This document shows positions 44,801-56,335 of a stretch of DNA of 64,000 nt, piece by piece. This DNA is from Stegostoma tigrinum. Its lineage: Eukaryota. A program made the position numbers and the translations under genes. Position 1 is the first letter of the stretch. Each line of letters starts with the position of its first letter. The stretch lies in assembly GCF_030684315.1 (NCBI RefSeq), contig NC_081384.1, positions 15,290,818 to 15,354,817 of the forward strand, given 5' to 3'. The notes beneath the pieces were generated by a model. It did no database searches. It saw only the letters and a list, made by a program, of their open reading frames with translations, and was not told the origin of the DNA.

Positions 44801-47800
44801 ATTGGAAGTCCCAAATGTTTTCGGGCAATGGTGTTTGACATACAAGCATAAATGTCATGGACAGGTGCAGATAGTAATAAAAAAAGCTGATGGAATGCCA
44901 ACATTTTATATCTAGAGCCTACACAGCAAGGTGGGCAATGTTATGCTGCAATGTACATACTCCTGTTAAATCACATCTGGACTAATGTGATCTGTTCTAA
45001 ATGTTAGCTCTTAGGGATGACGCGTTACCTGGGAGGGAGTATAACATTTGATTTATCAGAATGATCCCTGGACTCAAGGATTAAATTACAAGGAAAATGG
45101 GGTTGAGTTCCTTTTAATTTCAAATAATTAAGGGATGACTTGATCAAAATTATAAGGTATTATGGGTGAAAGAACAAAGAAAATTTTTCCATTGTTTAGA
45201 TAGTGTCTGGGATTTGGGCACAATCAGCAATTAAGGGTGGGCATTTGAGAAGTTAAGTTAAGGAAGACTTGTATGTGCAAAACCTGATAGGGTGGAACTC
45301 TGTTTCGCTAGTTATATTAGTCAATTGTTAATTTCAGATGTGAGATTGGTTTACAATTTTTTTTGTTAACCAAAAGTAATACGGGATGTGAAGAGAAGGT
45401 GGGTATATGGAGCAGATGTGATCTAATTGAATTGCAGAGCAGGCTCTAGAGACTAAATGATTTTGTTGCTGTTTTCCTTTGACTGAAGTCTCAAGGAAGA
45501 CTGACATTGATTGGGATAGGGCCCAGAAAACCCTATTAGAAAATTGTTGTGTTGTTGTGACATGTTTTTCAAATTACACTAGCCACAAAATAGATTTTAT
45601 TTTCTGTTTTAGGTGGATGCTTTCAGGGAGCGAATGACTGCTGAAGTAAGTAGCAATTTGGTTTACAAAATGTTGAAAACAAAAGTTGCATGTGAAATTG
45701 TTATTTATAATTTCACTTGGTTTCCCTCTGGCTTTGCTTCTCTTGGGAGTAAAACATCAACTTTCAGAGCCCTGCTTTAACCTTTAATTGGAAACAGGCA
45801 TGTAGCTATTCATTGACTTCCTGTTTGACTTCATATAGAAACCCAAATTGAGTTTATTCTAATGTGGTATTACCAGTGGGATTGTGGGTCAATTTTTGGC
45901 ATTGATAGGATAGATGAGGATTGTATAGGTTTTCAGACCATGTCCCTTATGCTGTTCTCTTGATTTGGGTGAGAAGCAGTAGGTATCACAGTGCTGGCCA
46001 CCGGTTATATCGTCCTGTGGTGGTAAATATAGGAGATCAATCTGATTTCTTCATGGATTAGCCTTTACTGAGCCCCTGATCTTGACAATGTGTTGATGGA
46101 ACATCCTAACTCAATCCTGGACACCTCCCAGCAGATGTCAGAAAGTTAGCAGGTGATTTGTCCAAAGACTGCTAAGTTATTTTCAGATCATTATAGGACA
46201 CCAGTGGTGATGTACTAGACTTGGCTGCCTGCCTAATCTCTCAATGGTACATGCTCTAAGGTGACAGTGGGTCATAATCACAATCACAATCATACCCCTA
46301 AAGATGGAGCTGACCGGGTGTTGGAGTCCTTGTAAGCAGGAGACTCATCCTTTGCATCTACAGGCAAAATTTTCTTCCCAACTGCTGGCATATGTTTCTG
46401 CCAAGGATCTTCAAGTGACTGGAAGATTCTCGACTGGCAAATGTCTGGGCATATGGGATAGAATGACCCATGAGTTCGTAGCATCCAACGTGCAGGATTT
46501 ACTTTTTTCTTTCCTCCTCGGCTGCAGCTTTGCCTTAACATTCTTGTCATTAATGTCAACGCTGTTGTGCTTCAAGGACGGTTTGTGTGCATCTGTAGCA
46601 TTTTCATCATTCTCTGGAAGGCTAGCCAGACGAGTTGTGAAAATGACCTGGTAGCGAGACCGTACTTGACAACGCTTGTGTTTGTCTCCCTCATAGTTAA
46701 CTTTACAGGAGTTTTGCTTCAGTGTTTGTAGAACTGTCCTCAAGAAAGAAAGTGACTTTTGTTTGAGAGACCTCCCACTGAATCTGGAGAATGTGATAAG
46801 AGTTATTGCTGATGGAATTTCTCTAGCACTCTTTCGTATCTATTATACAAAGTCCAGGTGTTCTAACAACAATCACTCGCGCTCCAAGCTTTTTGTTTGA
46901 TTTGAGGGGTCTTTGCGGTCAAACCTTCGTTGTTGTAGTTTGAAGATGGTTGAGTTGGCATGGTTGATACAGTGTTGGGTCACCTTGTGGCCTTTTGAGA
47001 CAGGTGACTGCGTCATTCTGATAAGCGTTCAATATATTCTAAGATTTCTCTTTCAACGTATATTGGAGGTATATTCATCTTTGTGCCAAAACTAAACACT
47101 ACAGACACACATGATCTATAGTATGTAAATGTGCCATTGTTCACGCTGAACCTTGGAGGAGGTAAGTAAGACATATAAGAATAAAGTAATATTTACTCTG
47201 TTGCTCTATTATGGCTTGAATGTTCTGTTTATGTTCTGAAAATCTTGTTTGTGATTCATAAGTTTTAGAAAACATAGTTTCAGGATTATAAATTTTAGAT
47301 TAAAGTTTAAAATGTTAACTAAAGGATAATTGGAAGTTACTAGTTAAGAAATGTGTATGCATCTTGAATGCAACTGAAACAAGCCTAGCTTTATTACACT
47401 TGAAAGGTAACTAGTGTATTTATCTAGCAATATCAGAGTTATGGCTGCAATAGATGATGGTCTTCTATTTTGACATGTAATGGATCTAGAAGACCTCTTA
47501 ATCCAATGAATGAAGCTGAAAGCAGCTTTTTTAAACTTAGGAGTTTCTTCGTGGACATTGAGTCTGGAGAGATGGTAATTACCTCCATAAGAAATATCAA
47601 TTATTACTGTTGGTTATAGAATCAAAAAATTATGTTTAAAGTTATATCATTTGTTTACATTTTGATTGGACCATCCCAAAACATACTATAAAAGATGGGC
47701 TGACCAAAAGGAAAGAAAAATTGTAGTGGTAGAAGTTTATTTTGTTTAATTTATCCGTGTGCCTTTTCAGAAAGAAGGCTGTTGGAGTATTGTTTTTTGT

Positions 47801-50800
47801 GTATGCAGTATCTCTGGACTGACAGGTGATGCTTATTATTCGGGACTTCACTTGAAATATAGAAAATACTAATTTCTCCCTTGGGTTCCAGTACTCCACA
47901 ATTGAGCACTCCTGAGGAAATTCATCCTGTCCCCTTCAAATGGGCATGGAGGGATTTTCTGTTTGCTGTGCGGACATGCCTTGGTATAATGTTCTGCACC
48001 TGGAAGTGGCAATACCCAATGGAGGGCTCCCTTAAAAGGAGGCTCCTTCCTCTTTCCAACAGGAGTCTGGGATGAAGAATGTTGCATGCAGCAGCGCCAT
48101 GCAAGACAAATTTAAGTGCTGCGTGCCAGACTGTTTTTATATGTATTCTGAATGTTTTATTTTGTAACCCTTTTTAAAGAGGTGGCTTAAATTTTTGGCT
48201 GTACTTCAGCCCACTGCTCCTTGTCAATGGGCGCCTAATGCACAATAGGTTTTGGCAGATAAGAAGATGGATCGTGGGCCTGCTCCTTAGTCTGGTCAAA
48301 GTGAACATCAACAGGTCTGTGCAGTGGGCAGTGAAGGAGGTCATAGCACTAGACTGTGTGTGTCCGTTCCATGTTTATGCCCAAGTCCAAGAACATGGAG
48401 AGTGGACTAGCATGATAGAGGCCAATGTGCACTGCAATATGAATGCATTATCATCCCTTGTAATGACAAGTGGTAAGTTTCCATTGGCCTTGGGATTTTT
48501 GTTACTCTGTCCCACGAGGAGCTGTTTACAGTTCTCTGGAAGGATAGATCTACTAACTTTAACGTTGCAGCCTTTTATTTAACTGTTTCCACGCTCCTGT
48601 TTGTTGCTATTTCACCCTCGGTATCGTTATCTAAAAAGCTGTTCTGCAATGCTTACTGTCTCATGTTGCTTAGTATGTCGACATTTTCCGTCTTCTGAAC
48701 TAACCCCACCCCAGGATCCAAATAGATTAAAACCCACTCTACAGGCCAAATTATTCTGCTCACTAGGACACCAGTCCTAGCACAATTGATGTGTGGCCTG
48801 GCCCTTCTGCATAGTTTCCTTCAACCCTAGTACTAGACCTAGTGCCCTATGAATGCAAACCTATTCTTACTACACCAGTTTGAGCCACACATTTAAATCC
48901 ATGCTTTTATTTACCCTTCGCTGATTTGTCTGTGGCACAGGTAGTAATCCCAGATTATTATCTTGATGATCTGCTTTCTAATTTGGCTCCTAACGCAGAT
49001 CTTTCTTGTTAGGTCTGTCAATGTTGTTGGTACCAATGTGGATGACGACAACTGCATCCCTCCTTTCCTCCTCTTATTTCCTGTCCAGCCCTGAGGATGT
49101 CCTTAAACATGGCTCCAGGCACAGCCGTAGCTCAATTGTGGCTACAGTGAGCAGCATCTCTATGTCTCTAATCCTATGTTCCCCACGTGATTAAACTGTT
49201 ATTACCACTGTTGCTTTATCATTATCTCCCCTTACTTTAAATAACTCAATGTATCATGATGCCTTGGTCAGCTCACTCATCCTCTGTGTATCCACAGTCT
49301 CATCCACACAACTTGAAAGAACTTAATAACTGATGGATACTTACAGGGAACAAGACATCTCAAATACTTTCCCATACCTGCCTCATCTGTGGTCATATGC
49401 TGTTGTTCCTGATCGCAGACCATATTTGAATGACTTAGTCTCGGGTGTGACCACCTCTTGGAACAAAATGTCCAGGTGACTTGCCCCTTCCCTGAGGTGC
49501 TGCAATGTCTTGTAGCTCAGACTTCCGCTCCTCAGCTTAGAACCAAAGTAGTTCAAGCTGCAAGCACTTTCTACAGACGTGTTTACGCTGAAACTTCTTG
49601 GAGTCCAACAGCTCCACATGCTGAAGTAGCAGCAAGTTATAACCTGATCTGCCATTTCTATCATGTTTTATTTCACTTATTAATTAATCATTCTAGTATT
49701 CCTGCTGTTTACCTTTTACCTTTTATTGTAATTCTTTGTCAGAATCAATTTTAGACCTAACAAGCTACTTTTAAGAAAAGAGAAAAAGATTTAAGACCTA
49801 AATATCAACTAAAATCTTTACTTTAAAGACTAGACGTACATGCAGTCAGTTGCTTTATTTAAGCAAAAGCAATCAAACACCTTTGTTTCTCCTCTGCTGA
49901 CCTGAAGAGTATCAACATCAGCACTCTATTACAAGTTGCACTTGAGGACTAAGTCACATGACATTGGCAACTTGTATATGTTCCCAATAATAATGAACTG
50001 CCTTGTACCTTAATGATGACCCAATTTCAATTAATATTTAATTAATCATCTCTTTTCCTGCAAGCCTTGAATAAGAAACTGTGCTTAAGTATAGCACCTA
50101 TAGATTTTGAACAGTCGATTTCTACTTAATGCTCGCTACAACCTAAGTTAGGCTAAATCAGGTATGAATTAATCAAGGCTTCAGATTTTCCCAACTAATG
50201 CACACACTCGGTTCTGATGTGTTGCAACTGATGCTAGACATTGCATAATCGTCAATGAACATCCCACCTTTATAATAGGGGAAAGGTCGTTGAAGCCATT
50301 TAAGATGGATGGGCTGAGGACACTACCTTAATGATCTGCTACAATGATGTCCTGTAACTGAGATGATTGACCACGAGCAACCACAGCCATCCTCTGTGCT
50401 AGCTATAATTCCGCCCAGTAGAGAGTATCCTCCTGATTCCCATTGACATGAGCTTTGCTCAGGTGCCTTTGTACCCTTACGCCAAATGCTGTTTTCACAC
50501 CAAGGACTGTGAAGTGGTCACTCTTCAGACTCCTCTGTGGAAGGTAGTTTGGTGAGGGTGTGGTTGAGTAGATTTTTGCCTCAGTGGTTACCTCACAACT
50601 TTCTGCTGATCCGCTCTAGTGGCTGTATTGTTTAGGACTTGACCACCTCAGTCAGTAATAGTGCTATTGAACCACTCTTGATGGACATTGGAGTCCACCA
50701 ACAAGAGTACATTCTGCGCTCTTTCTATCCTCAGTTCATCCTCCAAGTGTGTTCAACAATTTCTGATTTCATCAGCTCAGTGTGGGTGGTAGATGATAGT

Positions 50801-53279
50801 CAGCAGGAGTTTCCTTGCTCAATTCTGACCTGATGCCAGTAAGTTTCTTGATATCCGGAGGCTATGTTGACCACTCGGGGCAATTTCTTCTTGACTGCAT
50901 GCCACTGCACTGCTGACTTCCCCGAGCCTACCCCGCTCGTGGGGCAATACCTACCCAGGGATGGCGATGGTGATCTCTGAAATTGTGTCCATAAGGTACG
51001 GTCCTGTGAGTATGATTGTCAGGCTGTTGCTTACCTAGTCTGAGATAGCTCTTCCAGTTTTAGCCCTTGTCCCCAGGTGTTGGTAAGGAAGCCAGTGCAA
51101 GACTGACAAAGCTGTGTTTGCTGGTGTCGTTTCTGGTGTCTAGGTTGATGCCAGGATTGCTGTCAGTTTCACTTCTTTCTTTAGACTTCGTAGCAGTTTG
51201 ATGCGACTGAGTGGCTTACTAGGCAATTTCAGGGGGCAATTTTAAGATCAACAGCATTGCTGGATCTGGATTTACATACAGAATGGGCCAAGTAGGGGAC
51301 AGCACATTAGTAAACCAGATGTTTTTTATGACACTCAACAGTGGCTGTGTGGTTACCTTCAGGCCAGCTTTTATTTCCAGATTTTATTGATTCAAATTTC
51401 ACCATCGGCCTGTGGCCAAAAGGCATTATCCTCCAGTTCTGTGACATTACAGTTATGCCTCCACCATAAATAATTTTCCTGTGAGAATTTCCATATGCCA
51501 TTATGGTTTATAATAGATTAGTTATCCAGCAAGAGTATTGCTTTTATGGGAACAGCCAATTCCATGTAAAATTTTTCTGATTTACATTTATGTCTTGCAT
51601 TTCAGGCAGAAGACTTGGTTGCAAGTTTCTTTCCAAAGAAGTTATTGGAACTAGATGGTTTTCTAAAGGTAAGACTCAATTATTTACTCGATATAAATAA
51701 GTTGATGATCTTAGGATAAATTCACCGAACCCAGAGCCTCTACTCAAAAGGCTTCTGGATTGGGCGTAAGGCGACAACGTTCTCCACCTGAAAGCTCTAA
51801 ACTGCCTTCCTTGCTGGAAATGAGGGATCTGTAAATTTATTGCTTCGTTATAGATGAATATCATAATGAAAAAAAACCTAGTGTTCAGGAATGTGTAGAT
51901 CTACAATAACTGCCATCCAAGAATGACAAGTTTTGTGTTCAGATTTCTCTGTATGACTTGTGCATTTCCAGTTAGTTTTGTCAATATCTTTTCATTATTG
52001 TATTGGGAAAATAATAATGTTATTGTACAGAACAATATAACTCATCCATGAATGTGTTGGAAGATAAATTTTGGAGGTCTTTCTATTTATGGGTAGTATT
52101 ATAATGGACACTTTAATTTGCAAAGTAATGAGAGTCACATTTTTTGATATTTTTATTGGAAGTGTCTCATTATTGTTTGTAACCAATACATTGGAAATTA
52201 TTTTATTTTCTTTATCTCTCAAAAATTGCACTATTGCTGTGTTTGCACTGACTGGCTTCATGATGCACTGTTTTTGGGTTTTACTTATGTAAATGTATCT
52301 AACACTAGATATATTCTTTCTAGGAACCCCTCTTGAATGTTTCAGATTTGGCTACTATTCATTCAGACCTCAATTTGCCAGTGCCAGAACCTATAATGCT
52401 GACCAACAGCCATGATGGCTTGGATAGCGCAGTGAGTATTTCAAAAGAGGATATGCAAGATCTCTCTTGGGACAGTTATAGTCATTGTGAACAAAATCAA
52501 ATTGAAGAACTGAGCAGTTGACCCTGAAAGCTGACCTGATGTGGAGGTGCCAGTTTCGGACTGGGATCGACTAAGTCAGAAGTCGCATGACACCAGGTTA
52601 TCGTCCAGCAGGTTTATTTGAAATCACAAGCTTTCAAACTTCACCTGTCAAAGGGGCTGTGCTCCGAAAGCTTGTAATTTCAAATAAACCTGTTGGGCTA
52701 TAGCCTGGTGTCATGTGACTTTTCTGACTGAAAGCTGACAAATTTGAATTAACTTCTAGCATTTCTGTTAAAATGTGAAGAAAGGCTTGAAATCTGATTC
52801 CTTTCGGAGGCCGAGAATTATAGGAACTTAGACATCATAAAAAACAAAATAACTGATTGTCCAGCTTGGATCCTGTATCATTTGTGTAAATCTGTCAGGG
52901 CCTGACTGCTCTTAGGATGTAAAAGCTGGCTGCCTGTCACATTTCGTACAATGCATATGTTTGGAATGAACGGGTCACTTTGCATTGAGATGTGTATAAC
53001 ACTTTAATCAAAGAGGTAACTATCTCCTGATTTCCCCCTCATTACCAGCATTTTCAGAAATTATAGAAGCCCTTGTGAGGTGCACAATTTAGAGTATAAA
53101 TGCCATCTTTTTTTTGTGTACATGTTTTATTTTTAAGATTGTGGCAACAACATAACTTGGTATAATGCACAAGGATTCTGCTGCATGTTTAACATCATAT
53201 GCCTACAAACTGAGTCCCATGTCAGCCATGCTGCACTTATATTATTATCATTACAACTAACGATAATTTTGTTAAACCC

Positions 53280-53314
<35 letters not shown>

Positions 53315-54547
53315 GCCCCGTTATATGACCTGGTGTTCTGTCAGTTTTTTGAAATCTCTTGAGCTGTCGTTTTTTGTACTTTATCTATTGTTGTTGAATG
53401 CAGAGTGTTTCACTGTATGGGAGTTCTATGGGAACAACAATTGAAGCAATACTCCAACAGAAGCATCAACAAATAGAACAATCTCTTACTTCTCAAGTGT
53501 TCCAACCTCACCTTAAAAATTTTTGGTCAGCAGCTGAAACTGAGAGCTTTCCCAATTTTGGCATAAGAGCAATCCTCGGTCAGTGTAGTGTGGATTAAAG
53601 CTTCCCATTTGCCTCTTCAATAAATGCCTAAGTGTAAATTTCAAACAGCTCTTCCTCCTTTTATTGTATTCCTACACTAGCCACCATTTTTGATTTTCTA
53701 ATGATGTTGCCCATTTGTGCATGAATTACTGGCAGATTTGTGAATTGGATTCATGACTAATGGAAATTAGATTTTCATCGACTTTTACTTGGTTATCAAA
53801 ATTAAAAGACCTTTCCTCACATCATTTGTCTCTGTTTGAACCAAAGCAAAACATTTAGTGCAATTCTAAATCTTCCTGTTGCATTCCTAAAATGTAGACC
53901 TTAAATTTTTGCTTTACCCAAAAGTTTGCAGTGTAACTTTTCCACTGTATTAATAGGTATTCAATCAGCCAAAATGAATGTACACTCTCAACTAATGAGG
54001 AGGTTCCTCTAAGGTTTTTGAAAAGATTTGTAGCTTGGATTGTGAGTGTTGAGATTGGTTGGCTTGCCGAGCTGGTTTCTTGTTTCGCAGAGGTTTCTCC
54101 CTTGGCTTAGTATTCCCTTCCCAGACAAATAAGAGGGAGTACTGCAAGAATGAGCAGAGCAATTCCAAGGAACTGATGAGCAAAGACAAGGAGCGTTAGT
54201 GGAACATAATAGAACTTTTACAGAACAATTTAAGAAAACCACATTAAGACAGCCCTTTTGCTTTCAATTTACAATCTGCCTCTTGCATGTTGCAATTATG
54301 TTTAAGTATTGTCTCCTCACTGCTCACTTTGTGTTTCCTTTTGATTTTCAGGTATATATGTAATTGGTCTTTTAAGCTATTTTAACATCTGCTTTATGGC
54401 CCCTTGGCTTCTGCTGACTCTTTTGTTCTCAATTTATATCCCTTACTTAATCCTTCCCTGATGCTGGAATTTGATTTTAAATATTTCTTTAATTTCAGCG
54501 CAACATTAAGAAGAGAAAACTGGAAGATGGCGAAAGTAATTGTCCAG
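41816..54547 (+). CDS. PSME3: Proteasome activator subunit 3 (PA28gamma), 5-prime partial gene, exons 1-5
   Basis: Exons 41816-41857, 45613-45645, 51606-51668, 52324-52431, 54499-54547 join in frame: MSGLLKLDNALRTK VDAFRERMTAE AEDLVASFFPKKLLELDGFLK EPLLNVSDLATIHSDLNLPVPEPIMLTNSHDGLDSA RNIKKRKLEDGESNCP. Head-to-head with BECN1 as in mammals. No exon 6 seen before 64000. Confidence 0.95.
44390..45480 (+). mobile_element. Highly decayed CR1 fragments
   Basis: GYKVYRKER (APE) and 3-prime ORF2/UTR-like blocks. Confidence 0.55.
45613..45645 (+). CDS. PSME3: PSME3 exon 2
   Basis: ttttag|VDAFRERMTAE|gtaagt. Confidence 0.93.
46400..47020 (-). mobile_element. Decayed RTE-clade LINE C-terminal fragment
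   Basis: Minus-strand TWTLYNRYERVLEKFHQQ*L, KPSLKHNSVDIND, CPDICQSRI resemble the recalled RTE motifs ETWTLYRRH..LE.FHQRCLR and C..C.SRIGL.SH. Confidence 0.65.
48620..49664 (-). mobile_element. Decayed CR1 ORF1 (Cys-rich N-terminus plus SGNH esterase-like domain)
   Basis: MADQVITCCYFSMW; VVIHIGTNNID; I.GLLPVPQ...LNVWLK. Confidence 0.65.
50200..51230 (-). mobile_element. Decayed CR1-type ORF2 fragments
   Basis: Minus-strand GSVLSPSI...NDLS RT motif remnant near 50270-50330. Confidence 0.55.
51606..51668 (+). CDS. PSME3: PSME3 exon 3
   Basis: tttcag|AEDLVASFFPKKLLELDGFLK|gtaaga. Confidence 0.95.
52324..52431 (+). CDS. PSME3: PSME3 exon 4
   Basis: ttctag|EPLLNVSDLATIHSDLNLPVPEPIMLTNSHDGLDSA|gtgagt. 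Confidence 0.94.
52536..52727. mobile_element. ~190-bp fold-back element with HHR remnant and 12-bp TSD
   Basis: Inverted arms 52574-52635 / 52666-52729; TSD ctgaaagctgac 52524-52535 and 52728-52739. Confidence 0.85.
53281..53312. repeat. Poly-C homopolymer (32 nt)
   Basis: Directly visible. Confidence 0.9.
54008..54096 (-). mobile_element. Terminal fragment of the 36781 PLE family
   Basis: Aligns by eye with 36781-36869. Confidence 0.75.
54499..54547 (+). CDS. PSME3: PSME3 exon 5 (NLS-containing insert)
   Basis: tttcag|RNIKKRKLEDGESNCP G|gtaaag; KKRK basic NLS. Confidence 0.92.
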
Positions 54548-55659
54548 GTAAAGGATGCATGCATGGAGCTGGGCATTTGGGTTAATAGTTTATCATCATG
54601 ACCCTTTTCTGAAGCCAAAGGCTGAATTTTCCAGGGACGGGGGGAATAGTTGCAAAGTGGCTCAGTCCATCTTCTGAATTAGCGTGGGAAGCGGAAGAGG
54701 GCAGCTGATTTACATAGCCCCGGTTTGGAGAGATTTTTAGGTTGGACACTCCATGTCCAGGCGTGCGCAACAGATACCACATCTTTGACAGCAGCCTTCC
54801 TGTTGCAGGCCGTGGCAACCGTCAGAATTTGAGTCTCCAGTCCCCAAAGAGGGGGCCCCTGGCAGCAAATGCTGTCTTGTTGGCACCAACACTTTCACTA
54901 ATGTAGTTTCCCTTGCAGTCCAAGGATCCTACTGGTTTGGCCCCTCTGAAATAGTCCTTTAACTTTACAACTCCAAGAGCACCTTCATGGCTGAGACTAG
55001 CTTGCTAGTTCAGAAACTCATCAGTAACCAGTCAGAAGGCTGCCAACGGGAATGTCGCTTCAATAGTTGTTTCCAGTGAGAGGGCGTTCTTACTTAGAAT
55101 CAGAGATACTGAAGCAAAAAAAAAATCCTCCCCGCGATTCCTATTTTAACACTTGGCTGAGAAAATAACCTGTCTGTCCCAACCATGTAACTTCCTGTTG
55201 CACAATTATTCTCTGTTGTTTATGTAACTTAAGACCTTGTTTAAAATAGCATATTTCTGACTTCAGTTTGTTTGTATAACTGCTTTTTAATGAAGTTGGC
55301 CTGAGGGGCAGTATTTATTGTTGGCAACGTTCTGGTCCAGATAATCTTTTTGTTTGTAATTATAACTATTTGTTTAAATGCTTATGGCCTTACACCGCAG
55401 TCGCAGAAAAAGTACTATCTAGCTGATGGAATTTTGTTCTCCTTTTCTTGACTGTTACTTGCACAAGCGTTGGACATGTGACAGCAAACTTCCAATAACT
55501 CACCATTCTCTGCATGTGAGCTTGTATAGAGGTTGATGGCAAGCTAGTCTGTGGGTTGGTATTGTAAGTGTAGTTTTCAAACACTGCCCAGACAGCCAAG
55601 TTTCATATATTGAAACAATCAGTAACAGTTAGGAATTGAAAAAAACAAAATACAGCAAA

Positions 55660-55968
55660 TTATTAGAATCCCTACAGTTGTAGAAGCAGATCATTAGTAC
55701 ACACTGACCCTCGGCAGACAATCCCCCTACTGTCCTCACCCTATTCCTGTAACTCTGCATTTCCCATAATACTTCTAGCCTCCACACTATGGGCAGTTTG
55801 GCATGACCTGCACATCTCAGGACTGTGGTCCAAAGAAACCGATGCACCCGGAGGAACCCCACGCAGACATGGAGAATGTGCAGACTCCACACAGTCGCCT
55901 GAGGCTGGAATCGAACCCCAAGTCCCTGGCACTGAGACAGCAGTGCTGACCGTACAGCCACTGTGCCA
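55660..55968 (-). mobile_element. HE1/V-SINE-type SINE
   Basis: Minus strand ggcacagtggctgtacggtcagcactgctgtctcagtgccagggacttggggttcgattcc...ctgtgtggagtctgcacattctcc. Confidence 0.85.
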
Positions 55969-56015
55969 AATTATATTATCCAACAGTTTTCAAAAGAAAA
56001 TTCTGATTGCAAATA

Positions 56016-56335
56016 ACGCAGGGTGTCTCAGTGGTTAGCACTGCTGCCTCATAGTGCCAAGGGCCCGTGTTTGATTCCACCTTCAAGTCACTGCCTGTGT
56101 GGAGTTTGCACATTCTCCTCATGCCTGAATGGGTTTCCTGTGAGTGCTCTGTTTTCCTCCCGCAGTCCAAAGATGTGCATGTTAGGTATATTTGCAATGC
56201 TAAATTGCCCACCATGTCTAGGGATGTGTAGATTAGCTGGGTTATAGGCAGATGGGTCTGAGTAGGATGCTCTGAGGATCAGTGTGGACTTGTTGACTCA
56301 AAGGGTCTGTTTCTCTGCTGTAGGGATTTTATGAC
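56016..56335 (+). mobile_element. HE1/V-SINE-type SINE
   Basis: ctcagtggttagcactgctgcctcatagtgcc...ctgtgtggagtttgcacattctcc. Confidence 0.85.

Noticed and set aside
54620-55133. Possible MITE with ggctgaatttt / aaaatcctccc ends (similar start at ~63147)
   Set aside because: TIR match too weak and no TSD visible
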